This document shows positions 36,746 through 48,452 of a stretch of DNA of 53,120 nt, in pieces. Under the pieces are notes generated by a model. The model saw only the letters and a program-made list of their open reading frames with translations. It was not told where the DNA came from and did no database searches. The number at the start of each line of letters is the position of its first letter. Position 1 is the first letter of the stretch. The position numbers and the translations under genes were made by a program. The DNA is taken from contig JAUCBJ010003994.1 of assembly GCA_032718475.1 (NCBI GenBank), positions 1 to 53,120 on the forward strand, given 5' to 3'. The DNA comes from Nemertoderma westbladi. Its lineage: Eukaryota > Animalia > Xenacoelomorpha.

Positions 36746-38765
36746 TCATACCATCCCTATGGTATACCGCCCCTCATCGCATGTCATCGATTCCTTTACA
36801 CTTTGTAAAGCCTGCTTGTCTTCTACCGAGGTTCCAACCCCGGTCTCCTTTAATCCCTCAAAATCCTGCCTGAGCAGTCTCCTGAGCTGCTCCTCTGCTC
36901 CCTCATCCCCCATTTCTCGCATAGTTCCCGCGAACATGCATCCTGATGTCTCCGACATCCTAAATGGTATCTTACTCTTGATTGGGCCACTCAGTGTCCA
37001 CCCGAATGGTGTCAATATCGCCACCGGGTCACATTGCCTGTCTTCGCCGAAGACCGTTTGCATTCTCTCGTGGGCCGTCGGGCAGTCCATTCCTACTATG
37101 ATGGATACCTTCCTAACATCCACCTCTGGGATTGAGAAGTCGATACTGTCCAGGAATCTGTATTGTTCGACCTCGATGTTGGTTGGCCGCCTGGCGTTAA
37201 TATTTATCGACTCTATCACCTGGATGGGGTCGATGGTCGCCCCATAATCGCATCCCGGTGCTACCGCTGCTATCGCGCACCGTCCAGTTCTCATCTCCAG
37301 AACCTCATCTTTGCTGGATATGGTTGTTACCGCCATTCTACTTGGCCTCGTTCTCAATCCTATCTCTTCAGCCACCCAATCCTCAACTAAGGTGAAGGCT
37401 GCACCACTGTCGACCAGCATCAGTGTGGTTACTGATCGGTTGCCTTTGCCGATTATCCTTACTGGTACTACCCCTAATAGTACCGTCCCTCTCTTTTTTG
37501 CTACTACGGTGCTTGTTGCCATCGTTTGTCCTTTACTCTGACCGAACTTAATTGGCGTTTCTCTGCATTGTCTAGCCCTGTGTCCACTCATCACACATTG
37601 CGAGCAGATCTCATTTCTCGCCGCGTATTCTACCTGATCTTCTCTGGGTAGCACCTGCCAGTACCTGCAGTTCATGGTCCGATGAAGCGCATTTGAATGT
37701 AGCTGGCATTTGCTCTTTGGATCGTAGCCATCCTTATACAGTGCATTGTGTATCGCAGTTGCATTTGTACCAAAGTCCTTACTGTTCTTATTGTTTGGAT
37801 TCGGCCTACTGGGCGTACTGGGGTTATGTTTGTCCATGTTGTTATTTTTCCCCTGTCCGCTCCATGATGTCGTCTTACCCCCGGCTACCTGTGGACTGGT
37901 AGTCCCCTGCGTTGCTGCGTACGGCAGTGACTGTCTGAGCTTTGGCAATGCGCCGACGCGTTATGCTCTGGTTTCGGCCTTTGGTAATCGGTCTTTGATC
38001 CCTTTCCCAGGCTATCCTCGCTGTAGACTGGGTCCGTTATAAGTTCAGCTTCATAGTTTAAGAAGCTCGACATCTCTTCTAAACCCGGTTCCGCACCCTT
38101 CCTATCTCGAGTGGAGAAAGCGATTTTCCTCCACTTATTGCGCAGCCACATCAGAAGTGCCTGGGCTATCGTAGTGATGTTGTTGGACGCATTGAGTTCG
38201 TATGGCGCATCCAATGTCTTTAGCACAATTAGCGCCTTCTCGACTTTGTAAGCAAATGTCTTTATGCTAACGGGGTTATCCTGTAGGCCACCCGATGTTA
38301 TACCTTCAGGGTCTGCCGGATGATCTTGGCCGGGTGCCCGTATTCCCTGTCTAACGCCCGCCATGCCGTCGTGAAGCCACCCTCGATACCCTGGTATTGC
38401 CTCACGATGTCGTATGCTGGGCCCCCTGTATATACTTGCAGATACTTTAGGCACTCCGCCTGCGTCAAATTTTTTGTTAATATTTCGTTACTATACATGC
38501 GCCGAAACTGTAGGTATTCTTCCGGCCTACTCCCATCGAATTTGAATGGTTCCACGGGTGGTAACTCGATCCTTGTTTTTAGTGCATCGATTAACGTGGC
38601 CATCCCCATCGCTTGCGCTTCCAATGGGTTCGATGGATGCTGCATAGGTTCTCCCGTTGGGTGCGGTCCGTTCGTCCTGTTTGCCGCTTTTCTCTGACTT
38701 GGATATATCATAGGGGGTAGCGGCCCCCTCAATATTTCTGTGTCGCATGATCTATTCTCGTCCAA
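36746..38765 (-). CDS. gag: BEL/Pao Gag core, zinc knuckles and aspartic protease (frameshifted)
   Basis: PFKFDG..EEYLQF...YLQVYTGGPA...AWRALDREYG (DUF1759-like); CQLH...H...C and CSQCVMSGHRARQC; LVDSGA; TPFGWTLSGP. Confidence 0.9.
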
Positions 38766-41700
38766 GGGGTTCGATGTTCTTACTCCTACTGAGGTATATT
38801 GTTGATATTGTGATGGGGGAATGTCACCCTGCCCCCCCCCCCCCCCCCCCCACCGGTATGTTTGGTACTGGGGTTGATGTTAATATATTGGAGCCCATGC
38901 ATCTATCCGCAATAATCCCCCCTTCCCCTGGGTATATGTTATGTCCTTGCATGCTGTAGTCATACTGCTGTGCTGGTACCGGTATAGGCCTATCTACTTC
39001 TGGCCTCCTTGCCGGTATATACTCCGTGACTTCCGGGTTTAATCCCGCTGTTCGCGCTATCCTATCGCCTATATTATCTCCCTCAGCATAGCCTATGGTA
39101 TGTGCAGTAAGGCCTACAGTATGTCCTGCAGTCTGTATGTGTCGCTCGGGATCGAAGTTTATCCTTCTCGAATAATCCTCGATAATTAATTAATAATCCC
39201 CGACCCTCGGATAATTCTCAATCGGTAGGTATATCCCGTCGGGAAGTTTCTCTTCGACCCCCTCTACTGCTTTCGTTCTCGTGCCGGTACATCCCGTACC
39301 CCTTTCTCTGCGCGCAATACAAGAAAGTCAGGTCGCGTTCCTCCGGGGCGACGGCAATCTCCCGAAGTTCGACCCCGCTGACTCTCCGTCTCCACCTCTA
39401 CTACCGACGGCTCGCTATCCGTCCTCGCTCTCCTGTCATTCGCGGCGACACTTTTTCTACTCTCTTCTCTTCTTCTCTTTTCAGTGCAGTATTCCGGCTC
39501 GTGAGATCTCTCGTCGACCTCCCGGTTAAACTCCACTGTTCTTCTTCCCTCTTCTGATTGGGCTCGACGCTTCGTCCGCCCTCTCGTGACGTCAACCTGC
39601 CTCTCTCTGCTCGACTGCACGCCGCTGGGGATACTCGCAATCCCCCTATCACTCTCCGTCGCCGGGTGTTGCGGTTTACCTATCTCGGCCCGCGCATTAT
39701 CCGTCGACGCCTGTGGGACACTCTCTGCCCCCCCCCCTTTTCGCCGCTAACTCGCTGTTGTGGGGCTCCTATAGCCCCCCCCCCCCCCCACTCGCCACAT
39801 CTAACTTCACTATCTCTTACTTCGCTACTATACCCCTCTCTAGCCGACACATCAACCCTACTGCGGCTGGGTCTATTCACCCCCGCCTCTCCCTCTGCTA
39901 CTGTGTGGCCTACCAGGCCCTCTACTTCCTGCCTACTAACTACGTGGCCTACCAGGCCCTCGCTAGGTTTACCCAACCCAGCCACTCCCTGCCTACTAAC
40001 TACGTGGCCTACCAGGCCCTCTCCGGGTTGGCTCAACCCCGCCACTTCCGGCCTACTAACTAAGTGGCCTACCAGGCCCTCTTCGGGTTGGCTCAACACC
40101 GCAACTTCCTGCCTACTAACTGCACGGCCTACCAGGCCCTCATCTGCCGGGTTATACATGTCTGATACGTTCACGTTAATAGCACCACTAATATTGTCAT
40201 TGGTTAGATCAATTAAATCCTCTAACTCGATTAAGTTACTTTGTGCGCCCAAATTAGAAACGGAATTATTTTGCTCGTTCGAAATAAGATTATTTGAATT
40301 ATTTTGTAAATTCAGACTTATATTTAAATTATTTGAATTATTTTGTAAATTCGGACTTAGATTTAAATTATTTGAATTATTTTCTACATTAATATTAGAA
40401 TCACTCGGATTTAAATTACTACTGTCGGGCAAAATATTATTTCCTGCAATGAAAGTTTGATTAGAATTATCTAGTACGGTACTATTAATATTAACGTTGT
40501 CTACTGTATCATTATTATTACCCCCCCCCCCCCCCCCCCGCCCGTACGGTTACACCAGTCTCGGGTCTGTCGTGCGGTCCCTGTAAGTGGGGTATTAATA
40601 AATGTTTCTTCGACCCTTGGCTCCTCGAAAGCACTCGAGCCAGCGTCACTCTCTGACAGCCTCATCTGGGCCATTCTTAGTCTGCGCTTCTGTTTGGTTT
40701 GGTACTGAATAAGCCCCCCTAGGCAGGCATGTAAACCATCCCGCACACGCTTCCCCTATGCTGCTCTCTCCCGACTCTCCCGCGCGCTCTGCTCGGCCAA
40801 ATCCCTCTCTCTCTCAACTCTCTCCATTCGTTTCGCCTCCCTTGCCACCTCACGCTCTTTACATTCTGCCTCGCGCTCTTTTCGTTCTGCCTCGCGCTCT
40901 TTACGTTCACACTCCTCTCTCGCCTCACGCCCTTCTTGTTCCTTCCTCCCTATTTCCTCACACTCCCTAAAGCTTCTTGTGGCTTTCTCAGCCCTCTCTC
41001 CGGTCTCTCTAACCAGTTCCATTTCTTTCTCTAATAGCACTCTCCCCTCCTCTAACTGTCTCTCTACTTCTCTCTGGTCTTGCGCTATCAGATCAAGATG
41101 ACACGCCGCATTTATTTCCCTCACCCGTCTTTCTTTTACGGAGGATGTAGCAGACTTATCGGTTATGACGGATTCCCTCCGCCTTCCCGTCCTACTAACC
41201 CCCCCCCCCTTTTTCCGGAACTTTCTCCGACCGACGAGACCGAATCCTCGGGGTTAACCTCGGATTCGCCCTCCTGCGGTTTCCTCCAACCCACTAATTT
41301 TATTCCCCGGGCATCGACTAAGTATGGCCCTACGTACACTATGCTAGGTTCCATACCCCTACATTCCCATAGTTCAAACAGTTCGGTGGCAACCCCTCTC
41401 GCTCTCTCGCTGGCTAGTTCTCCCTGCCCAAAACGCTTTAGATAGTCAAAGTGTTCGTTCGACTCACCTAGTCTTTTCTTCAAGTTTACATCATTTATCT
41501 GGGCCCCCTCTTTGGCCTCCTTAAGTAGTTTCCGGGTCGCGTTGTAGGCCCGTCGAAGTTGATAGCTGACCCCGACGTCCTCGTCGCCGACATCTCCTCT
41601 ATCTCTCCGGGTCCGGCGTCGTACCGGCGGCCCCACCGTCGCCGTTCCGGTGGGCCGTCCATCGCCCTCGGCCTGTGGCTGGCCGGCGACACTGGCACGT

Positions 41701-41895
41701 CGACCGCCGTCGTGTGTCGACTCGTCTCTCTCTCCTCCCGACTCACCCTCTAGTTGTAGACGGCTCCCCTCGCATTGGATCACCGGGTCACCCGTTGGCG
41801 ATGGGTCCGGTGTCGTGGGCCTATACCGTCGTGTCGCGGATCGTTAGATCGCTGTCCGGGGTCCGCGGCGGTGTCGTTTCTCCCGTTTGACTCAT
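38766..41895 (-). pseudogene. Long low-complexity N-terminal extension of Gag (fragmented)
   Basis: First ATG after the 5' LTR at 41895 (MSQTGETTPP); Glu/Arg coiled coil 40756-41124; Asn-rich 13-aa repeats; 20-aa EGLVGHVVSRQEV repeats. Several breaks lie near G homopolymers. Confidence 0.6.
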
Positions 41896-41954
41896 TTCTC
41901 TGGTAGCTGGCAGTCAGTTTGGATTCAATTACTGTCTTAGGATGGCAGCTCGGT

Positions 41955-41963
41955 TCTAAATAC
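41955..41963 (-). promoter_or_regulatory. Non-tRNA primer-binding position (GTATTTAGA)
   Basis: Directly follows the CA end of the 5' LTR, lacks TGG, and is complementary to LTR 42169-42177. Confidence 0.65.
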
Positions 41964-42534
41964 TGTGACGGGATCTACCCAGGATCCCGGTTTATCCGGT
42001 TTCTAAACTACGCGTCGTCCCCGCCGTGTGTATGTGAAAAGGTGAAACAGTTATTGATCGTTGTATACAGTTCCAGGGTATAATAGTATAAGACAAGATA
42101 AGACAATAGTTGAATAATATAAGTGTACCGGTAAAATGATATGCAATGATGACTGGACGGAGATGACGGTATTTAGAGTTCCGGTACTGTCCTAACTAAC
42201 TGACTTACTATAAGTGAATGAAATGATTACTGTATTGATAATATATATTGCACGGTTGGCCGCGTTGTACTACTCAACCGATGCCTCCCCCCCCCATTGG
42301 CTAATAACCCTGTTGTCGCCCTTTGCCTCCCCTGGAGGGTTTCCCTTCGACCCTGTTGCTCTCTCTCTCTCAGGGGTGTAACCCCTGACCCCTGTTGTGC
42401 GTATGTCCTCTGGGGTTTTCTTGTCCCCACTTTATTGGGGTGTTACGAGGTTGATATTGGATATCAACCTCGTGTTCCCAATATTGCTTAAAGCTCGCTT
42501 TGTGGGCTGGCTAGCGGAATTGAATACGCTAACA
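41964..42534 (-). repeat. 5' LTR (571 bp)
   Basis: Direct repeat of 28916-29478; by eye about 10 substitutions and a few small indels. Confidence 0.97.
42216..42248 (-). promoter_or_regulatory. Putative LTR core promoter (TATA box and initiator)
   Basis: Minus strand TATATATT with Inr-like TCATTC about 28 nt downstream; CCAAT about 55 nt upstream. Confidence 0.5.
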
Positions 42535-45500
42535 CTGTACTAGATTATTGGTTGGGTTTTCCCCTTAGTTATTTAAAACTGGTTACTGTTCTAGTTTATT
42601 GGTTGGGTTGGCTGCCTTAGCCATTTCTTACCTGTTAATGTTCTAGATTATTGGTTGGGTTTTCCCCTTAGGTATTTATTACCGGTTACTGTACTAGATT
42701 ATTGGTTGGGTTTTCCCCTTAGTTATTTAAAACTGGTTACTGTACTAGATTATCGGTTGGGTTTCCCCCTTAGGTATTTATTACCAGTTACTGTACTAGA
42801 TTATTGGTTGGGTTGCCCCATTAGCTATTTATTACCAGTTACTGTAATAGATTATTGGTTGGGTTGGCTGCCTTAGCCATTTCTTACCGGTTATTTTTCT
42901 AGATTATTGGTTTGGTTTTCCCCTTAGGTATTTATTACCGGTTACTGTACTAGATTATTGGTTGGGTTTTCCCCTTAGTTATTTAAAACTGGTTACTGTA
43001 CTAGATTATTGGTTGGGTTTTCCCCTTAGTTATTTAAAACTGGTTACTGTACTAGATTATTGGTTGGGTTGGCTGCCTTAGCCATTTCTTACCTGTTAAT
43101 GTTCTAGATTATTGGTTGGGTTTTCCCCTTAGGTATTTATTACCGGTTACTGTACTAGATTATTGGTTGGGTTTTTTTCCCCTTAGGTATTTATTACTGG
43201 TTACTGTACTAGATTATTGGTTGGGTTGGCTGCCTTAGCCATTTCTTACCGGTTACTGTACTAGATTATTGGTTGGGTTTTCCCCTTAGGTATTTATTAC
43301 CGGTTACTGTACTATATTATTGGTTGGGTTCCCCCCTTAGGTATTTATTACCGGTTACTGTACTAGATTATTGGATGGGTTTTCCCCTTAGGTATTTATT
43401 ACCGGTTACTGTACTATATTATTGGTTGGGTTCCCCCCTTAGGTATTTATTACCGGTTACTGTACTAGATTATTGGATGGGTTTTCCCCTTAGGTATTTA
43501 TTACCGGTTACTGTACTATATTAATGGTTGGGTTCCCCCCTTAGGTATTTATTACCGGTTACTGTACTAGATTATTGGATGGGTTTTCCCCTTAGGTATT
43601 TATTACCGGTTACTGTACTATATTAATGGTTGGGTTCCCCCCTTAGGTATTTATTACCGGTTACTGTACTAGATTATTGGATGGGTTTTCCCCTTAGGTA
43701 TTTATTACCGGTTACTGTACTATATTAATGGTTGGGTTCCCCCCTTAGGTATTTATTACCGGTTACTGTACTAGATTATTGGATGGGTTTTCCCCTTAGG
43801 TATTTATTACCGGTTACTGTACTAGATTATTGGTTGGGTTTTCCCCTTAGGTATTTATTACTGGTTACTGTACTAGATTATTGGTTGGGTTGGCTGCCTT
43901 AGCCATTTCTTACCGGTTACTGTACTAGATTATTGGTTGGGTTTTCCCCTTAGGTATTTATTACCGGTTACTGTACTAGATTATTGGATGGGTTTTCCCC
44001 TTAGGTATTTATTACCGGTTACTGTACTAGATTATTGGTTGGGTTTTCCCCTTAGGTATTTATTACCGGTTACTGTACTAGATTATTGGATGGGTTTTCC
44101 CCTTAGGTATTTATTACCGGTTACTGTACTAGATTATTGGTTGGGTTTTCCCCTTAGGTATTTATTACCGGTTACTGTACTATATTAATGGTTGGGTTCC
44201 CCCCTTAGGTATTTATTACCGGTTACTGTACTAGATTATTGGATGGGTTTTCCCCTTAGGTATTTATTACCGGTTACTGTACTAGATTATTGGTTGGGTT
44301 TTCCCCTTAGGTATTTATTACTGGTTACTGTACTAGATTATTGGTTGGGTTGGCTGCCTTAGCCATTTCTTACCGGTTACTGTACTAGATTATTGGTTGG
44401 GTTTTCCCCTTAGGTATTTATTACCGGTTACTGTACTAGATTATTGGTTGGGTTTTCCCCTTAGGTATTTATTACCGGTTACTGTACTAGATTATTGGTT
44501 GGGTTGGCTGCCTTAGCCATTTCTTACCGGTTACTGTACTAGATTATTGGTTGGGTTTTCCCCTTAGGTATTTATTACCGGTTACTGTACTAGATTATTG
44601 GTTGGGTTTTCCCCTTAGGTATTTATTACCGGTTACTGTACTAGATTATTGGTTGGGTTTTCCCCTTAGGTATTTATTACCGGTTACTGTACTATATTAA
44701 TGGTTGGGTTTTCCCCTTAGGTATTTATTACCGGTTACTGTACTAGATTATTGGTTGGGTTTTCCCCTTAGGTATTTATTACTGGTTACTGTACTAGATT
44801 ATTGGTTGGGTTGGCTGCCTTAGCCATTTCTTACCGGTTACTGTACTAGATTATTGGTTGGGTTTTCCCCTTAGGTATTTATTACCGGTTACTGTACTAG
44901 ATTATTGGTTGGGTTTTCCCCTTAGGTATTTATTACCGGTTACTGTACTAGATTATTGGTTGGGTTGGCTGCCTTAGCCATTTCTTACCGGTTACTGTAC
45001 TAGATTATTGGTTGGGTTTTCCCCTTAGGTATTTATTACCGGTTACTGTACTAGATTATTGGTTGGGTTTTCCCCTTAGGTATTTATTACCGGTTACTGT
45101 ACTAGATTATTGGTTGGGTTTTCCCCTTAGGTATTTATTACCGGTTACTGTACTAGATTATTGGTTGGGTTTTCCCCTTAGGTATTTATTACCGGTTACT
45201 GTACTAGATTATTGGTTGGGTTGGCTGCCTTAGCCATTTCTTACCGGTTACTGTACTAGATTATTGGTTGGGTTTTCCCCTTAGGTATTTATTACCGGTT
45301 ACTGTACTAGATTATTGGTTGGGTTTTCCCCTTAGGTATTTATTACCGGTTACTGTACTAGATTATTGGATGGGTTTTCCCCTTAGGTATTTATTACCGG
45401 TTACTGTACTAGATTATTGGTTGGGTTTTCCCCTTAGGTATTTATTACTGGTTACTGTACTAGATTATTGGTTGGGTTGGCTGCCTTAGCCATTTCTTAC

Positions 45501-46520
45501 CGGTTACTGTACTAGATTATTGGTTGGGTTTTCCCCTTAGGTATTTATTACCGGTTACTGTACTAGATTATTGGATGGGTTTTCCCCTTAGGTATTTATT
45601 ACCGGTTACTGTACTAGATTATTGGTTGGGTTTTCCCCTTAGGTATTTATTACCGGTTACTGTACTAGATTATTGGATGGGTTTTCCCCTTAGGTATTTA
45701 TTACCGGTTACTGTACTAGATTATTGGTTGGGTTTTCCCCTTAGGTATTTATTACCGGTTACTGTACTATATTAATGGTTGGGTTCCCCCCTTAGGTATT
45801 TATTACCGGTTACTGTACTAGATTATTGGATGGGTTTTCCCCTTAGGTATTTATTACCGGTTACTGTACTAGATTATTGGTTGGGTTTTCCCCTTAGGTA
45901 TTTATTACTGGTTACTGTACTAGATTATTGGTTGGGTTGGCTGCCTTAGCCATTTCTTACCGGTTACTGTACTAGATTATTGGTTGGGTTTTCCCCTTAG
46001 GTATTTATTACCGGTTACTGTACTAGATTATTGGTTGGGTTTTCCCCTTAGGTATTTATTACCGGTTACTGTACTAGATTATTGGTTGGGTTGGCTGCCT
46101 TAGCCATTTCTTACCGGTTACTGTACTAGATTATTGGTTGGGTTTTCCCCTTAGGTATTTATTACCGGTTACTGTACTAGATTATTGGTTGGGTTTTCCC
46201 CTTAGGTATTTATTACCGGTTACTGTACTAGATTATTGGTTGGGTTTTCCCCTTAGGTATTTATTACCGGTTACTGTACTAGATTATTGGTTGGGTTGGC
46301 TGCCTTAGCCATTTCTTACCGGTTATTGTTCTAGATTATTGGTTGGGTTTTCCCCTTAGGTATTTATTACCGGTTACTGTACTAGATTATTGGTTGGGTT
46401 TTCCCCTTAGGTATTTATTACCGGTTACTGTACTAGATTATTGGTTGGGTTTTCCCCTTAGGTATTTATTACCGGTTACTGTACTAGATTATTGGTTGGG
46501 TTTTCCCCTTAGTTATTTAT
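42535..46520. repeat. 51-bp tandem satellite, right arm
   Basis: Same unit as the left arm; resumes in register at ctgta-ctagattattgg. Confidence 0.98.
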
Positions 46521-46560
46521 AGCATCTCAATGCAGCACACCGATTATAGTAGTAGTTGTA
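46521..46560 (+). mobile_element. Very short RTE 3'-tail fragment
   Basis: caatgcagcacaccgattatagtagtag resembles the RTE end caatgcagcatgccgatcctagtagtag. Confidence 0.5.
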
Positions 46561-47016
46561 GTATTGCAGCATGCAAATCGCAGATTTCATGATGGGGGCA
46601 ATCTGTGGCATATATTTTTTTGTTAATCCAACATATAGTTCTTGACAATTCATTTACAATACTACATGTACTATATTCTTACAAACTGTATAGTCACATA
46701 ACAATCGAAAACACATAATTATCAAGATATGCAATCATATGATCATAAGATTTAATAATCCATTATAAGACTCTTACTTTTTAGCAATATTTATCGCCAT
46801 TTATTAATTATTATGACAATGTATGACAATAAAGTTAATTAAAATAGTTAATAGTTTTAATTAACTTTATCTTATTCCTGAAGATTATTTTTGTATGAAA
46901 TGTTTTTTGCATGTTATGTAATTTTTAAATTCTGTTGACAAAATTAATAAACTTTAACTAAGTTATAATTTTTATAAAACAGTGGATATATTATATATTA
47001 TTATAATCATTTGTAG

Positions 47017-47682
47017 AACAATGTTCTGCCTCGGCTTACTGGCGATTAAACATAGAATATGGAGCGAAGGACATGATGGGAAATCAAAATGGGACCATCA
47101 AAGGAAGTCCATCATTTGGTCTTGGACCCACGGGAATTGATAACCAGGCAATGAATTTCCATAACGGATATGTTTCTGTTCAACATGGTATAGAGTTACT
47201 AACCGAAACGTTTACTATGGTAGCTTTTGTAAAACCTGCAGGAATCGGTCCAATATTTGAATTTGGAAATGTAGCTGCCATTGGCTCACACCTTTGGTTG
47301 AAACCTAATGCTGAATCGTTATACTATGATGCTAGAAATGGCGTATCAACCTGGCTTAAAATGACAGATGCTACAGAGATTGGGGAATGGTATATGGTGG
47401 CTGTTGTTGTCAATGCATTGGACAAAAAGGTGATGTTGTACAGTCGGAAAGTAGGAAATGATGACCATCAGAAGATGGAGTTTGATACACTATCAACAGC
47501 TAGAGGTACAGCAGATACTAAGAACACTCTGAATATTGGGAAACGGGAAGGCAGTGGCGTGAATGTGTTTAAAGGCTATATTGCTCATGCTCGTTATTAT
47601 ACCTGTAATGTATCTGAGATTCGTATGGAACAAATTTATGATGAAAGTATTCAGCTTGAGATACAAGAAGCATCAGACATAG
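47017..47682 (+). CDS. Host gene exon, LamG/concanavalin A-like domain
   Basis: ttgtAG acceptor, GTtagt donor, 666 nt, phase 1-1. AYWRLN...AKDMMGNQNG...GPTG...FTMVAFVKP...GEWYMVAVV...LNIG...FKGYIAHARYY matches the Laminin_G_3 pattern. Confidence 0.88.
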
Positions 47683-48452
47683 GTTAGTTACACACATAAA
47701 TGCTATAAAAATTCGCAATATGATTATGAATTTATTCTTTATTCCAAGCCTGAGTTTAAACGGTATTCCTTTGTCACAACCAGTCACTAATTTAAAAGTC
47801 ATTTGTTTGTCTCATATGTCATCAGAACACCTTTGGTGAAGAATAAGGCTCTGATATACACAATACAACGTATTAGGGTTGGTGCACGAAAAAATTGTTG
47901 GGCTATTCAATTGAATAAGGCGTAACAAGGTGCCCTGAAGTGGCGGGGTGTGTTTTTTTTGTAAAGACAGGACGAAATGGTCGAAATGGCCACGTCATCA
48001 GTGAAATGCCATTTCAAAATATACAGTATAATCTCAGAATAGAGTGACCGACCAATCAGCATTCAAATCTCAGAATAGAGTGACCGACCAATCAGCATTC
48101 AGATTCAGACCATATAAAAGGCTTCACTATCAGACTTTAGGATTCATTCGTGTTCTACTTCAGCATCAATCTCACAAATTTGGTTATTGGGTTTTCCTTA
48201 CATTCAGACATTCGGTACTTATTCAAATTCAGCCATTTCCTGCTTTCAGAACATTGAGACATTACTTCAGAATTCCACACAGTTTCCCTCCACATATGCA
48301 GCCTTCTTAGATAGATACATATTATTATTAGATAGGTATTCATTATTCAGTTATTCAAGTATTCAATCAATCCTCAATAGGCTTATGGCTTACCTCAGTA
48401 TTGATGAATGATGAATCTGAATATAGCATTAGCAATGAAACGATACAATTGT

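Larger units (their letters stand above)
28916..42534 (-). mobile_element. Full-length BEL/Pao LTR retrotransposon (13.6 kb) with extra ORF
   Basis: Paired TG...CA LTRs; 5-bp TSD CTGTA (28911-28915, 42535-42539); gag-PR-RT-RH-IN order; PPT next to the 3' LTR. Confidence 0.97.

Noticed and set aside
30225-41890. Many + strand ORFs inside the retrotransposon
   Set aside because: Antisense shadows of GC-richer minus-strand coding sequence; no recognisable motifs.
41943-41956. TGGCAGCTCGGTTC as a tRNA PBS
   Set aside because: It is on the + strand, opposite to the orientation set by pol and the PPT, and on the wrong side for a + strand PBS.
27500-45775. ORFs of repeated GFPLRYLLPVTVLDYWL
   Set aside because: A by-product of the 51-bp satellite; broken by 52-bp variants and stops, with no credible starts or splice sites.
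47073-47687. Stand-alone 204-aa gene
   Set aside because: The frame extends upstream to a splice acceptor at 47016 and the stop lies past a donor at 47683; it is an internal exon.
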